A DNA stretch of 50,146 nt from Rhizobium sp. Q54 (GTDB lineage Bacteria > Pseudomonadota > Alphaproteobacteria > CADEGL01). The notes below the pieces were generated by a model that was not told the DNA's origin, searched no databases, and saw only the letters and a program-made list of their open reading frames with translations. Shown piece after piece: positions 18,948 through 28,649 of the stretch. The DNA lies in contig CAMAPP010000004.1 of NCBI GenBank assembly GCA_945860095.1, positions 1 to 50,146 on the forward strand, written 5' to 3'. The translations under genes and the position numbers were made by a program. The first letter of the stretch is position 1; the number at the start of each line of letters is the position of its first letter.

Positions 18948-19927
18948 CGATCCTGACCGAGCGCGAGCTGCGCGCGATGATCGCGCTCGATGCCCAAGTC
19001 GTCGGCGCCATCGAGGATGCGTTTCGCTGGCTGGCCGAGGGCAAGGTCGAAATGCCGCCCATCATGCATATCGAAGTGTCCGAAGGCCCGGGCGACGTGG
19101 ACATCAAGAGCGCGTACGTGCGGGGGCTTTCGTCCTTCGCGGTTAAGATCGGCGCGGGATTTTTCGGCAACGCCAAATTGGGCCTGCCCAATTCGCCCGC
19201 GTGCGTCGTCGTGGTTTCGGCCAAGACGGGTGCGGTCGAGGCGGTGCTCTTGGATAACGCCTATCTGACCGATGTGCGCACCGGGGCGGCGGGGGCGGTC
19301 GCGGCGCGCCATCTCGCCAATCCGGGCCCCGCCCATCTCGGTGTCATCGGCGCGGGCGTGCAGGCGCGCTTTCAGGCCGAGGCTGCGAATCTGGTGCGGC
19401 CCATCGCGTCGGCGCGCGTGTGGTCGCGCGACGAGGCGAAGGCGCAAATTTATGCCGCCGAGATGTCCGAACGCCTGGGCGTGACATTCGCCGTTGCGCC
19501 CGATGCCGAAACGGTCGTGCGCGAATGCGATCTTTTGGTCACGACCACGCCTTCCAAGGCGCCCCTCGTCAAGGCGTCTTGGCTGCATCCGGGTCTGCAT
19601 ATCACCGCCATGGGCGCGGACTTGGCGGGCAAGCAGGAATTGGAGGGGGCGTGTTTTGCGCGCGCGGGGCGGGTGGTCGCGGACCGGCGCGGCCAATGCG
19701 CGGTCGCGGGCGATCTTCAGCACGCGCTCGCCTCGGGCGCGGTGCGCGATATCGCCGCGGTGGCGGAGCTTGGCGAGGTGATCCTGGGCCGCGTGCCCGG
19801 GCGCACCGCCAAGGATCAGATCACGATTTGCGACTTGACCGGCACGGGGGTGCAGGACACCGCCATTGCCGTGCTTGCGATGGCGCGGGCCAAGGTGCTG
19901 GGCCTGGGCACGGTGGTTGGGAATTAA
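18935..19927 (+). CDS. eutC: Ornithine cyclodeaminase/mu-crystallin family, ectoine utilization protein EutC-like
   Basis: MPPIMH, VDIKSAY, GFFGN, YLTDVRTGAAGA, GAGVQA, CDLTGTGVQD; overlaps ridA by 13 bp. Confidence 0.82.
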   Translation: MPDVTILTERELRAMIALDAQVVGAIEDAFRWLAEGKVEMPPIMHIEVSEGPGDVDIKSAYVRGLSSFAVKIGAGFFGNAKLGLPNSPACVVVVSAKTGAVEAVLLDNAYLTDVRTGAAGAVAARHLANPGPAHLGVIGAGVQARFQAEAANLVRPIASARVWSRDEAKAQIYAAEMSERLGVTFAVAPDAETVVRECDLLVTTTPSKAPLVKASWLHPGLHITAMGADLAGKQELEGACFARAGRVVADRRGQCAVAGDLQHALASGAVRDIAAVAELGEVILGRVPGRTAKDQITICDLTGTGVQDTAIAVLAMARAKVLGLGTVVGN

Positions 19928-20026
19928 AAACGCGGCATTGCCGAAGCTCGCGCGCCGGGCCAGAGTCCGCCCCGAACCGCTCCGCCGTCGCGGCGGAGCC
20001 GCCGAAACAGTCCGAGGGAGAAAACG

Positions 20027-20638
20027 ATGTACCATCTGTATTACGCCCAGACCGGCAATGGTCGCCGCCCGGCCGTCATGCTCGAGGAATGCGGCTTGGC
20101 CTACAAGGCGACCAAGCTCGACATGGCCAAGGGCGAGCACAAGGCACCCGATTATCTCGCGCTCAATCCGCAGGGCGCCGTGCCCGTGCTGGTGATCGAG
20201 GATGGCGGCAAGACGACCGCGCTCGCGCAATCGGGCGCGATTCTTCTCCACCTCGCCGAAACCACCGGAAAATTCCTGCCCAAGGATCCGGCCGCGCGCG
20301 CGAACGTCATGCAATGGTTCATGACCGCGCAAACCGACGCGGCGCCTGCGTCCTCGGCGATCTTCCTCGCCTCCGCCGGCACCCTGCCCGACAAGTCGCC
20401 GGCGAACTCGGCGTTCTTCGAGTCGCGCCTGCTCAGCTTGTTCAAGCTGTTCGACGGCCAGCTTGGCAAAAGCGCCTATCTCGCAGGCTCGGAACCGACG
20501 ATCGCCGATTTCGCGCTCATCACCGTCGTCGAAGGCCGCGCGTCCCTGCTCGAAAAGACTCCGGGCCTCGAGGGTTTGAAGCGCTGGCATGCCGCCATGA
20601 AGGCGCGTCCCGCGACCGCGAAGGCGCTGAAGATCTAG
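20027..20638 (+). CDS. Glutathione S-transferase family protein (YfcG/Nu-class-like)
   Basis: TGNGRR, LALNPQGAVPVL, QSGAILLHLAE, YLAG-EPTIADF. Confidence 0.85.
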   Translation: MYHLYYAQTGNGRRPAVMLEECGLAYKATKLDMAKGEHKAPDYLALNPQGAVPVLVIEDGGKTTALAQSGAILLHLAETTGKFLPKDPAARANVMQWFMTAQTDAAPASSAIFLASAGTLPDKSPANSAFFESRLLSLFKLFDGQLGKSAYLAGSEPTIADFALITVVEGRASLLEKTPGLEGLKRWHAAMKARPATAKALKI

Positions 20639-20652
20639 GCGCCGTGCGAAAC

Positions 20653-20685
20653 AAAACCCCCGCGGTTCGCGCCGCGGGGGTTTTT
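20653..20685. terminator. Bidirectional intrinsic terminator
   Basis: AAAACCCCCGCGG-TTCGCG-CCGCGGGGGTTTTT between convergent genes. Confidence 0.8.
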
Positions 20686-20714
20686 CATGCCCGGGATCCG
20701 GCGGGCGCGGTCCG

Positions 20715-21845
20715 TTACCACAATCGCGCCGGGCCCAGATCGGCCTCGGAGACCTTGAGCGCCTTGACCGCGTCCGGCACGCCGCCGCCGGTGAGCAGGG
20801 AGGCCGCCGTCATGCCCATGGCGAAGCTCGTCTGGATGCCGTAGCCGCCTTGCCCCGCGAGCCAGAAGAAGCCCTCGGCATCGGGCGCGAAGCCGACGAC
20901 CGGATGCTTGTCCTTCACGAAACTGCGCAAGCCTGCCCAGGAGCGCTGGATGCGCCCGACCTTGAGGGTCGAGCAGGCTTCGACCCGCTCGGCGATGAGC
21001 GCCTTGTCCTCGTCCTCGGGCTGGATGTCCTGGGGCGGTACGGGGGTTTCGTCGGCGGGCGAGGCGAGGATGCGCCCGGCCTCGGGCTTGAAATAAAATT
21101 TCTCGTCGATGTCCGCAACGATGGGCCAGGGTTGGATATCGACCCCGGCGGGGGCATCGAACACGATCACGGTGCGCCGCTTGGGCTGAAGGCCGATACC
21201 GCGCGCGCCCGTCATCGTGCCCAATACGTCCGCCCAGGCGCCGGCCGCGTTCACGACCACGGGCGCGGCGAACGCGCCCGCCTTCGCCGTCGTCGCGTGC
21301 CATTTCCCGTTTTTGCGCGTAAGGCCCGTGACCTCGGCATCGCACACGATCTCCGCCCCGCCCTTGCGGCAGCCGCGGATATAGCCCTGATGGATCGCGT
21401 TCACGTCCATGTCCATCGTGCCGCCGTCATAGGCGGCGGCGGCCACATAGCCGGGTTTTAGCGCCGGGCATTGGGCGTAGGCCTCCTTCACCGTGATGGG
21501 GTGAAGCGTCTTCGACAATTCCTGCAACTCCTTAACCGCGCCCTCGAGCGTCGCCACCTGATCGGGGCGCGCGATGAACATCGCGGCGCGCGGGTGCATC
21601 AGCGGCACCTCGGTATGTCCCTTGGGCGGATCGCGCAGGAACGGGCCCGAGACCACCGACATCACGCGCATGAGGCGCGGGCCGTAATTCTCGGTGTACA
21701 CGGCGGCAGAGCGGCCGGTGGAGTGGTATCCGGGCTGGCTCTCGCGCTCGAGGATGATGATCTTCTTGTGCTTGGCGACCAGGTGATAGGCCGCCGAGGT
21801 TCCGGCGATGCCGGCGCCGATGATGAGAATGTCGCATTCGCGCAT
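20715..21845 (-). CDS. FAD-dependent oxidoreductase, D-amino acid dehydrogenase (DauA-like) family
   Basis: IIGAGIAG, GYHSTGRSAA, VNAAGAWAD, SPADET, WAGLRSF, GQGGYGIQTS; RBS GGGGAGG. Confidence 0.85.
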   Translation of the reverse strand: MRECDILIIGAGIAGTSAAYHLVAKHKKIIILERESQPGYHSTGRSAAVYTENYGPRLMRVMSVVSGPFLRDPPKGHTEVPLMHPRAAMFIARPDQVATLEGAVKELQELSKTLHPITVKEAYAQCPALKPGYVAAAAYDGGTMDMDVNAIHQGYIRGCRKGGAEIVCDAEVTGLTRKNGKWHATTAKAGAFAAPVVVNAAGAWADVLGTMTGARGIGLQPKRRTVIVFDAPAGVDIQPWPIVADIDEKFYFKPEAGRILASPADETPVPPQDIQPEDEDKALIAERVEACSTLKVGRIQRSWAGLRSFVKDKHPVVGFAPDAEGFFWLAGQGGYGIQTSFAMGMTAASLLTGGGVPDAVKALKVSEADLGPARLW

Positions 21846-21980
21846 GAGGTCCTCCCCGCCATGGCGGTCATTATGGGCCGAGGAGGCAGGGTCGCGGAAG
21901 TCCTCGGCTCGGGGAACGGGCCGCGCTATAACCGGGCGGCCCGCAACACGGCCGACCCCGACAGCCCCGGCGAGAATCCC

Positions 21981-23135
21981 TTGGACTCCGTCCATCTGAC
22001 CGAAGAACACCGGATGATGCAGCGCCAGGTGCGCCGCTTCGTCGCCGCCGAGGTGCTGCCGAACGGCGCCGCGTGGGAAAAAGCCGGCATGATCCCGCGC
22101 GAGGTGCTGCGGAAACTCGGCGCGCTCGGCATCTACGGAATGCGGGTGCCCGAACGCTATGGCGGCGCGGGTATGAACGCGATGGCATCCGTCGCCCTGG
22201 CCGAGGAGCTTGCGCGCTGCACTTTCGGCGGCTTCACCATGACGGTCATGGTGCACACCGACATGGCGACGCCGCATTTGCTCAACGCCGGAACCGAGGA
22301 ACAAAAGCGCCGCTGGCTACCGCGAATCGTCTCGGGCGAGGCGATCACCGCCATCGTGGTGACCGAACCGGACGCGGGCTCGGACGTGCAGGGCCTGCGC
22401 ACGGTCGCCAAGCGCGACGGCAATGGCTGGGTGCTCAACGGCACCAAGCGCTTCATCACCAATGGCGTGTACGGCGATCTCTACGTCGTCGCGGCGCGCA
22501 CGGATATTTCGGTCAAGCCCTCGCGGGGGATGTCCATGTTCCTGGTCGAGCGCCGGACGCCGGGCGTGAAGATCGCGAAGAAGCTCGAGAAAATGGGTTG
22601 GCTGTGCTCGGACACGGCCGAGATCGTGTTCGAGGACGCACGCATTCCCGGCGATGCCATCCTCGGCGAGGAAAATCGTGGCTTCTACGAAATCATGCGC
22701 AATTTCCAGAACGAACGCCTGGTCGCCGCCGCGATCTATGCCGGCGAGGCCGCCAAGGCGATCGAGATCACGCTCGATTACGTGAAAACCCGCCAGGCCT
22801 TCGGCGGTCCCTTGTGGGACAAGCAGGCGATCCGCCTGCGCCTCGCCATGTATGCCGCGCGCGTCGAGGCGCTGCGCCAGCTCGTCTATCACACCGCCTG
22901 GCTCGACGCCCAAGGCAAGGATTGCGTGAAGGAAGTCTCGATGGCCAAGGCGATGGGCGGCGAACTCGTGCACGAGGTCATCCACGGCTGCCTACAATAT
23001 CACGGCGGCATGGGTTTCATGCGCGAAAGCGCGATCGAGCGCATGGCGCGCGACGCCCGCATCCACACCATCGGCGGCGGCGCGACCGAGGTCATGCTCG
23101 AGGAAGTCGCCAAGCGTCTCGCGCCCGATGCGTGA
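21981..23135 (+). CDS. Acyl-CoA dehydrogenase (~380 aa type)
   Basis: VTEPDAGSD, NGTKRFITNG, KMG, QYHGGMGF, IGGGATE; TTG start uncertain. Confidence 0.88.
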   Translation: MDSVHLTEEHRMMQRQVRRFVAAEVLPNGAAWEKAGMIPREVLRKLGALGIYGMRVPERYGGAGMNAMASVALAEELARCTFGGFTMTVMVHTDMATPHLLNAGTEEQKRRWLPRIVSGEAITAIVVTEPDAGSDVQGLRTVAKRDGNGWVLNGTKRFITNGVYGDLYVVAARTDISVKPSRGMSMFLVERRTPGVKIAKKLEKMGWLCSDTAEIVFEDARIPGDAILGEENRGFYEIMRNFQNERLVAAAIYAGEAAKAIEITLDYVKTRQAFGGPLWDKQAIRLRLAMYAARVEALRQLVYHTAWLDAQGKDCVKEVSMAKAMGGELVHEVIHGCLQYHGGMGFMRESAIERMARDARIHTIGGGATEVMLEEVAKRLAPDA

Positions 23136-23185
23136 TAAGCCCCCGTTCGATAAGCCCCCCCTTTGATAAGCCCCATGCTCGATAA
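23134..23185. repeat. GATAAGCCCC repeat (15-16 bp period) spanning a gene junction
   Basis: GATAA(G) at 23134, 23149, 23165 and 23181; runs from the acyl-CoA DH stop to the MFS start. Confidence 0.75.
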
Positions 23186-24416
23186 AAATGCCGTCGACGG
23201 CCCGCGCGCCTGGTTCGTCGCCTTCATATCGTTCCTGCTGTGCGCCATCGCGCTCGGCTCGACCATCCTCATCGTCATCTCGCTCAAGGAAATCGCGGTC
23301 GCCGAGGGCTGGCCGCGCGAATCGCCGTCCTTCGTCTATGCCATGGCGATCACGGGCGCGGGCGTGGGCGGCATCTTCATGGGCTGGTGGTCCGACCGGC
23401 GCGGCGTGCGCGGCCCCATCACCCTGGGCACGTTCGGCGTGGGGTTCGGCGCGATCCTCGCCTCGCAAGCCGAGGCCGCGTGGCAGCTTGCCCTTGTCTG
23501 CGGCGTACTCATGGGCGGGTTCGGCAGCGCGGCGTTCTTCGCCCCGCTCATCGCCAATGCCACGCGCTGGTTCGATCGCCGGCGCGGCATTGCCGTGGCG
23601 CTCGTCGCGTGCGGGCAGAATCTCGCCGGCGCGGTTTGGCCGCGCATCTTTCGCTACGCGACCGAGCTCGATGGCTGGCGCACGGCCTTTTTCGCCTATG
23701 GCGTATTCGTGCTGGTGACGGTGTTGCCGCTCTCGCTGTTCGTCGGCGCCCGCCCACCGGCACATGCGGCGCCCAAGAGGCGCGATGTCTCGGACGGCGA
23801 ACGCGAAAAGGTCGCGCGCGTCATCGGCATGAGCCCCAGGCTCGCGCACGCGATCCTGTTCGCGATGCAGATGCTCTGCTGCCTCGCCATGTCCGCGCCC
23901 TTCGTGCACGGCCCGGCCCATGTCAGCGATCTTGGACACTCGATGAACATGGGCGCGAACATGCTGTCGATCGTTCTCGCGACCAGCATCCTCAGTCTCA
24001 TGACCCTCGGCCATCTGGCCGACCGCATGGGCGGCTTGCGCACATTGATGATCGCCTCGGCCGTGCAGGCCGTGGCGCTGGCGATGTACGCCGGTTTCGA
24101 ATCCCTGCCCATGTTGTTCGCCAGCGCCGTCGTCTTCGGCCTCGGCTTTGGCGGGTTGGTGCCGAGCTACGCCATCGTCATCCGGGAAATCTTCCCCGTG
24201 CGCGAGGTCGGCTGGCGCATCGCCTCGATCTTCTTCGGCGGCACTCTCGGCATGGCGGGGGGCGGCTGGCTCGCGGGCTGGATATTCGACGGCTCCGGCC
24301 ATTACCACGATGCGTTCCTGCTGGGCTTTGCCTTCAATATCGCCAATTTGCTGCTGGCCGCGACACTGCTTCCGGGATGGCTCGGCCATCGCCGCTTGGC
24401 GCGCTCGGGCATCTGA
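23175..24416 (+). CDS. MFS transporter
   Basis: About 12 hydrophobic segments; motif A GWWSDRRGVR and GHLADRMGG. Confidence 0.88.
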   Translation: MLDKNAVDGPRAWFVAFISFLLCAIALGSTILIVISLKEIAVAEGWPRESPSFVYAMAITGAGVGGIFMGWWSDRRGVRGPITLGTFGVGFGAILASQAEAAWQLALVCGVLMGGFGSAAFFAPLIANATRWFDRRRGIAVALVACGQNLAGAVWPRIFRYATELDGWRTAFFAYGVFVLVTVLPLSLFVGARPPAHAAPKRRDVSDGEREKVARVIGMSPRLAHAILFAMQMLCCLAMSAPFVHGPAHVSDLGHSMNMGANMLSIVLATSILSLMTLGHLADRMGGLRTLMIASAVQAVALAMYAGFESLPMLFASAVVFGLGFGGLVPSYAIVIREIFPVREVGWRIASIFFGGTLGMAGGGWLAGWIFDGSGHYHDAFLLGFAFNIANLLLAATLLPGWLGHRRLARSGI

Positions 24417-24443
24417 TCGCCTCGCCGGCCCGTTTGGGGTCGC

Positions 24444-24472
24444 TTGAGGGCACGGGCCGCGCGGCGCTAGTC
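24444..24472 (+). promoter_or_regulatory. Possible sigma70-type promoter for the Rieske operon
   Basis: TTGAGG-N17-CTAGTC resembles the alphaproteobacterial RpoD consensus, 20 bp before ATG 24493. Confidence 0.3.
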
Positions 24473-24492
24473 TCGGGGCAGGGGAGACGGCC

Positions 24493-25857
24493 ATGGTCAA
24501 ACGTGCGACATCGCTGACGGGGCCCTATCAGGCCTATCGGCGCACCGAGCGGGGCGGGATCGACGAGGAGTTGACCCGCGTCGGCCCGGGCACGCCGTGC
24601 GGCGAATATCTCCGGCGCTTCTGGCAGCCGGTGGCGCTGTCGTCCGAACTCACCGACGTGCCCCATGCGCTGCGCATCTTGGGCGAGGATTTGGTTTTGT
24701 TCCGCGACGGCGAGGGCCGGCTCGGCCTATTGGAACGCGCCTGCCCGCATCGCGGTACCTCGCTCGAATATGCCAAGGTCGAGCTTCGCGGCTTGCGCTG
24801 CTGCTATCATGGCTGGCATTTCGACGTCGATGGCACGATCCTCGAGGTGCCGGGCGAGCCCGAGGGTACGCCGATTCCGAGCCGGGTGTGCGCCGGTGCT
24901 TATCCGGCGCGGGAATACGAAGGCATCGTCTTCGCCTATATGGGCCCGCCGGAGAAAAAGCCGGAATTTCCGCTTTACGATTTGTTCGTGCGCCCGGACA
25001 AGGCGCTAAAGCCCGCCAAGGTCCATTCGCCGTGCAACTGGCTCCAGGTGCGCGAGAACGAGATGGACCCCATCCACATCACCTTTTTGCACACGCGCCT
25101 GTTCGGCGTGCAATTCGTGCCCGCCTTCGCGGCCCTGCCCACCCTCGAATGGCGGGAAACGCCGGTCGGGATGATGTACGTCACGGTGCGCCGCTGGGGC
25201 GAACACCTTTATCTGCGCTCGAACGACATGATCCTGCCCAATATCGCGCGCGTGGCGGGGGTCGAGGATGCCGAGGGCGAAACGGTCTTCGATCGGCGCG
25301 GCGGCACGACCAACTGGGTGGTGCCGATCGACGATCGCAATTGCTTGACGATCGGCTGGGACGATGTGGAAAAGGCCTTGCCCGATCCCCGGCGCAACGC
25401 CCTCATGGACCGCGCCGCGCGCGAGGGGCGCGCCTCGATGGGTCCCTTCGATGTCGGGCAGACGGGCGATCCCACCTACGAACAGCGCCAGCGCGCACCC
25501 GGCGACTGGGATGCCTGGACCAGCCAAGGCAGGGTCGCGCGCCATGGCTGGGAAAATCTCGCCATGACCGACAAAGGCGTGGCGATGTACCGCAAATTGC
25601 TGCGCCGGGGCATCCGGGCGGTCAAACGCGACCAGGACCCGCCTTGTTTGGAGCGCGGCGGCGCGGGGCCGCGCGCGACATTCTCGCACAACACTGTGAA
25701 GCGTATTCCGCCCGCATCGACAGCGGCCGCCGACCGGGAATTGGCGCTCGCCTTCGGGCGCCTGGTGACCGAAAAGATATTTTCCGGCGAACTCCGGTCG
25801 CGCCATCCCATGGACGTGCCGCTCGATATCGGCCCGCCGCGGCACCCTCAAAACTGA
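24493..25857 (+). CDS. Rieske non-heme iron oxygenase alpha subunit (phthalate 4,5-dioxygenase/LigX-like), paralog 1
   Basis: RVGPGTPCGEYLRRFWQP, CPHRG...CCYHGW, iron motif ENEMDPIHITFLH. Confidence 0.9.
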   Translation: MVKRATSLTGPYQAYRRTERGGIDEELTRVGPGTPCGEYLRRFWQPVALSSELTDVPHALRILGEDLVLFRDGEGRLGLLERACPHRGTSLEYAKVELRGLRCCYHGWHFDVDGTILEVPGEPEGTPIPSRVCAGAYPAREYEGIVFAYMGPPEKKPEFPLYDLFVRPDKALKPAKVHSPCNWLQVRENEMDPIHITFLHTRLFGVQFVPAFAALPTLEWRETPVGMMYVTVRRWGEHLYLRSNDMILPNIARVAGVEDAEGETVFDRRGGTTNWVVPIDDRNCLTIGWDDVEKALPDPRRNALMDRAAREGRASMGPFDVGQTGDPTYEQRQRAPGDWDAWTSQGRVARHGWENLAMTDKGVAMYRKLLRRGIRAVKRDQDPPCLERGGAGPRATFSHNTVKRIPPASTAAADRELALAFGRLVTEKIFSGELRSRHPMDVPLDIGPPRHPQN

Positions 25858-25869
25858 AGGAACACTTGG

Positions 25870-27255
25870 ATGGCAGGCAGTAATGCGACGACGCGCCGTC
25901 CACGCGCCCGCAAAGGGCCGTACGGCGGCTATGACCGCAAGCGCGATTTCGCGACCGACGATTATCTTACGCGCGTCGGACGCGGCACGCCGGGCGGGGA
26001 ATATCTCCGCCGGTATTGGCACCCCGTCTGCCTGTCCTCGCAGCTCACGGACGTGCCGCGCCGCATCCGCATTCTCGGCGAGGATCTGGTCGCCTTCCGC
26101 GACGGCCGCGGCAAGCTCGGCGTGCTCGAATTGCATTGCTCGCATCGCGGCACCTCGCTCGAATTCGGCAAGGTCGAGCAATGCGGCATCCGCTGCTGCT
26201 ATCACGGCTGGCAGTTCGACGTGGACGGACGAATTCTCGACACGCCCGGCGAGCCCGAAGGCAGCCCGATCAAGAAGCGCGTCTGGCACGGCGCCTATCC
26301 CGCGCGGGAATGGATGGGCCTGGTATTCGCCTATATGGGTCCGCCCGAAGCGGCGCCGGAATTTCCGGTTTACGACGCCTTCGAGCGCGAGAACCCGGAA
26401 TTCGTCCATCGCTACCGGGAGTCGCCGTGCAACTGGATTCAGGTGCGCGAGAACGAGATGGACCCCATCCATCTCGCCTTCCTGCACACCCGGCTATTCG
26501 GCGTGCAGTTCCAGCCCGTGTACGGCGAAATCCCGACGATGGAATGGGTAGAGACGCCGATCGGCATGGCCTATCTCACCGTGCGGCGCTGGCAGGATTA
26601 TCTTTACCTGCGCGTCAACGACATGATCATGCCCAATGTCGTGCGCGTCGCCGGGATCGAGGACGCCGAGGGCGAAACCGTGTTCGACCGGCGCGGCAGC
26701 GCGCTCAACTGGGTCGTGCCCATCGACGACACCCACACGCTCAATATCGGCTTCGGCGATATCGACAAGGACCTGCTGCTCGATGGCCGGCAGTCCTACA
26801 CCGACCGCATGAAGCGCCAGGGTGTCTATACTGTCGGCGCGGGCGATGTCGGCCAGACGGGCGAGCCGAGTTACGAGCAGCGCCAGCGCGCCCCCGGCGA
26901 TTGGGATGCCTGGACCAGCCAGGGCGCGATCGCCAGCCACAAGCGCGAGCATCTCGGCTTCACCGATCAGGGCGTGGTCATGTACCGCAAATTGCTGCGC
27001 GAGGGCATGGCGGCGGTCGAGGCGGGCAAGACGCCGAAGAACCTGCACCTCAAGAAGCTCGTCGGTCCGCTGCTTACCTACTGCCACAACACGGTGAAGC
27101 GCGTGCCGCGCGCGGCGACCGAGACGACCGACCGGGCGAACGCGGTCGCGTTCGGGCGCGAGATTTTCAAGCGCATCCGCGAGGGTCAATTGGCCAAGCG
27201 CCACCCGGGCGCCGAATACCCGGCGGATTTCGAATTCACCCCGCCCAAATCCTAG
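25870..27255 (+). CDS. Rieske oxygenase alpha subunit, paralog 2
   Basis: CSHRG...CCYHGW, ENEMDPIHLAFLH. Confidence 0.9.
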   Translation: MAGSNATTRRPRARKGPYGGYDRKRDFATDDYLTRVGRGTPGGEYLRRYWHPVCLSSQLTDVPRRIRILGEDLVAFRDGRGKLGVLELHCSHRGTSLEFGKVEQCGIRCCYHGWQFDVDGRILDTPGEPEGSPIKKRVWHGAYPAREWMGLVFAYMGPPEAAPEFPVYDAFERENPEFVHRYRESPCNWIQVRENEMDPIHLAFLHTRLFGVQFQPVYGEIPTMEWVETPIGMAYLTVRRWQDYLYLRVNDMIMPNVVRVAGIEDAEGETVFDRRGSALNWVVPIDDTHTLNIGFGDIDKDLLLDGRQSYTDRMKRQGVYTVGAGDVGQTGEPSYEQRQRAPGDWDAWTSQGAIASHKREHLGFTDQGVVMYRKLLREGMAAVEAGKTPKNLHLKKLVGPLLTYCHNTVKRVPRAATETTDRANAVAFGREIFKRIREGQLAKRHPGAEYPADFEFTPPKS

Positions 27256-27278
27256 GGCGCGGACGGAGGACAAGAGAG

Positions 27279-28649
27279 ATGGAAGGCGGCACGAACGCCC
27301 GCGCCCGCGCGCCGCGCGGCCCCTACGGCGCCTATCACGGCCAGCGCGAGCGCAAGCCCGATGAAACCCTGGTGCGCGTCGGGCCCGGGACGCCTTGCGG
27401 CGAATATTTCCGCCGTTTCTGGCAGCCGGTCTGCTGGTCCTCGCATCTGGGCGAATTGCCCAAGCGTCTGCGTATTTTGGGCGAGGACTTGGTCGCGTTT
27501 CGCGACGGCCGGGGCAAGGTCGGCGTGCTCGATCTTCATTGTTCCCATCGCGGCACCTCGCTCGAATTCGGCAAGATCCAGGAATGCGGCATCCGCTGCT
27601 GCTATCACGGCTGGCAGTTCGACATCGACGGCCGCGTGCTCGACGCACCGGGCGAGCCCGAGGGCACGCCCATTCCTGGCCGCGTCTGGCACGGCGCCTA
27701 TCCCGCGCGCGAATGGCGCGGTCTCGTGTTCGTCTATATGGGGCCGCCCGGAGACGTGCCGGAATTTCCCGTCTATGACGCACTCGAGCGCGAGGATGCG
27801 GATTGCGTGCTCCGCCATTGGCACTCGCCGTGCAATTGGCTTCAGATGCGCGAGAACGAGATGGATCCCGCCCACCTCACTTTCCTGCACACCCGCGTCT
27901 TCGGCATGCAGTTCACGCCGGTTTATGGCGAGCTCTCGAGCATGGAGTTCAAGGAAACGCCGAACGGCATGATTTACGTCACGGTGCGGCGCTGGAAGGA
28001 ATATCTCTATCTGCGCGTCTCGGAAATGATCCTGCCGAATATCAGCCGTATCTCGGGCATCGAGGACGCCGAATCCGAGACCGTGTTCGACCGGCGCGGC
28101 GGCGCGCTCAACTGGACCGTGCCCATCGACGACACGAACACGCTGTCCATCGGCATGGGCGATATCGACAAGAACCTGGCGATCGACGGCCTCGACGCCT
28201 ATCGCGACCGCCAGGTGCGCGCGGGCGGCTACACGGTCGGCGCGGGCGATGTCGGGCAGACGGGGGAGACCAGTTACGAACAGCGCCAGCGCGCGCCCGG
28301 CGATTGGGACACCTGGGTCAGCCAGGGCACCATCGCGGCGCACAACCGCGAAAATCTCGGCTACACCGATCAAGGCATCGTCCTGTACCGCAAGCTCGTG
28401 AAAAGCGGCATCGCGGATCTGGCCAAGGGCCGGGCCCTCAAGGCGCGTCTCGATACCGCGCCCAACGCGCCCCTCGAAACCTACGCGAACAACACCGTGC
28501 TGCGCGTGCCAAGCGCGAACTCCCCGGCGGCCGAGGAGGCAATGAAGCTCCGCTTCGGGCGCGAAATCATGGACGCGGTTTTCGAGGGCCGTTTGCGCAA
28601 GCGCCATCTTGGCGCCGAACGCCCCGGCGATTTCGTCTTCAAGCCGTGA
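27279..28649 (+). CDS. Rieske oxygenase alpha subunit, paralog 3
   Basis: CSHRG...CCYHGW, ENEMDPAHLTFLH; start MEGGTN after a purine-rich RBS. Confidence 0.9.
   Translation: MEGGTNARARAPRGPYGAYHGQRERKPDETLVRVGPGTPCGEYFRRFWQPVCWSSHLGELPKRLRILGEDLVAFRDGRGKVGVLDLHCSHRGTSLEFGKIQECGIRCCYHGWQFDIDGRVLDAPGEPEGTPIPGRVWHGAYPAREWRGLVFVYMGPPGDVPEFPVYDALEREDADCVLRHWHSPCNWLQMRENEMDPAHLTFLHTRVFGMQFTPVYGELSSMEFKETPNGMIYVTVRRWKEYLYLRVSEMILPNISRISGIEDAESETVFDRRGGALNWTVPIDDTNTLSIGMGDIDKNLAIDGLDAYRDRQVRAGGYTVGAGDVGQTGETSYEQRQRAPGDWDTWVSQGTIAAHNRENLGYTDQGIVLYRKLVKSGIADLAKGRALKARLDTAPNAPLETYANNTVLRVPSANSPAAEEAMKLRFGREIMDAVFEGRLRKRHLGAERPGDFVFKP

Noticed and set aside
26016-28649. 877-aa ORF suggesting a fused Rieske protein
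   Set aside because: The first 421 codons are an off-frame shadow of Rieske-2 (Arg/Ala/Pro-rich); the real gene starts at 27279.
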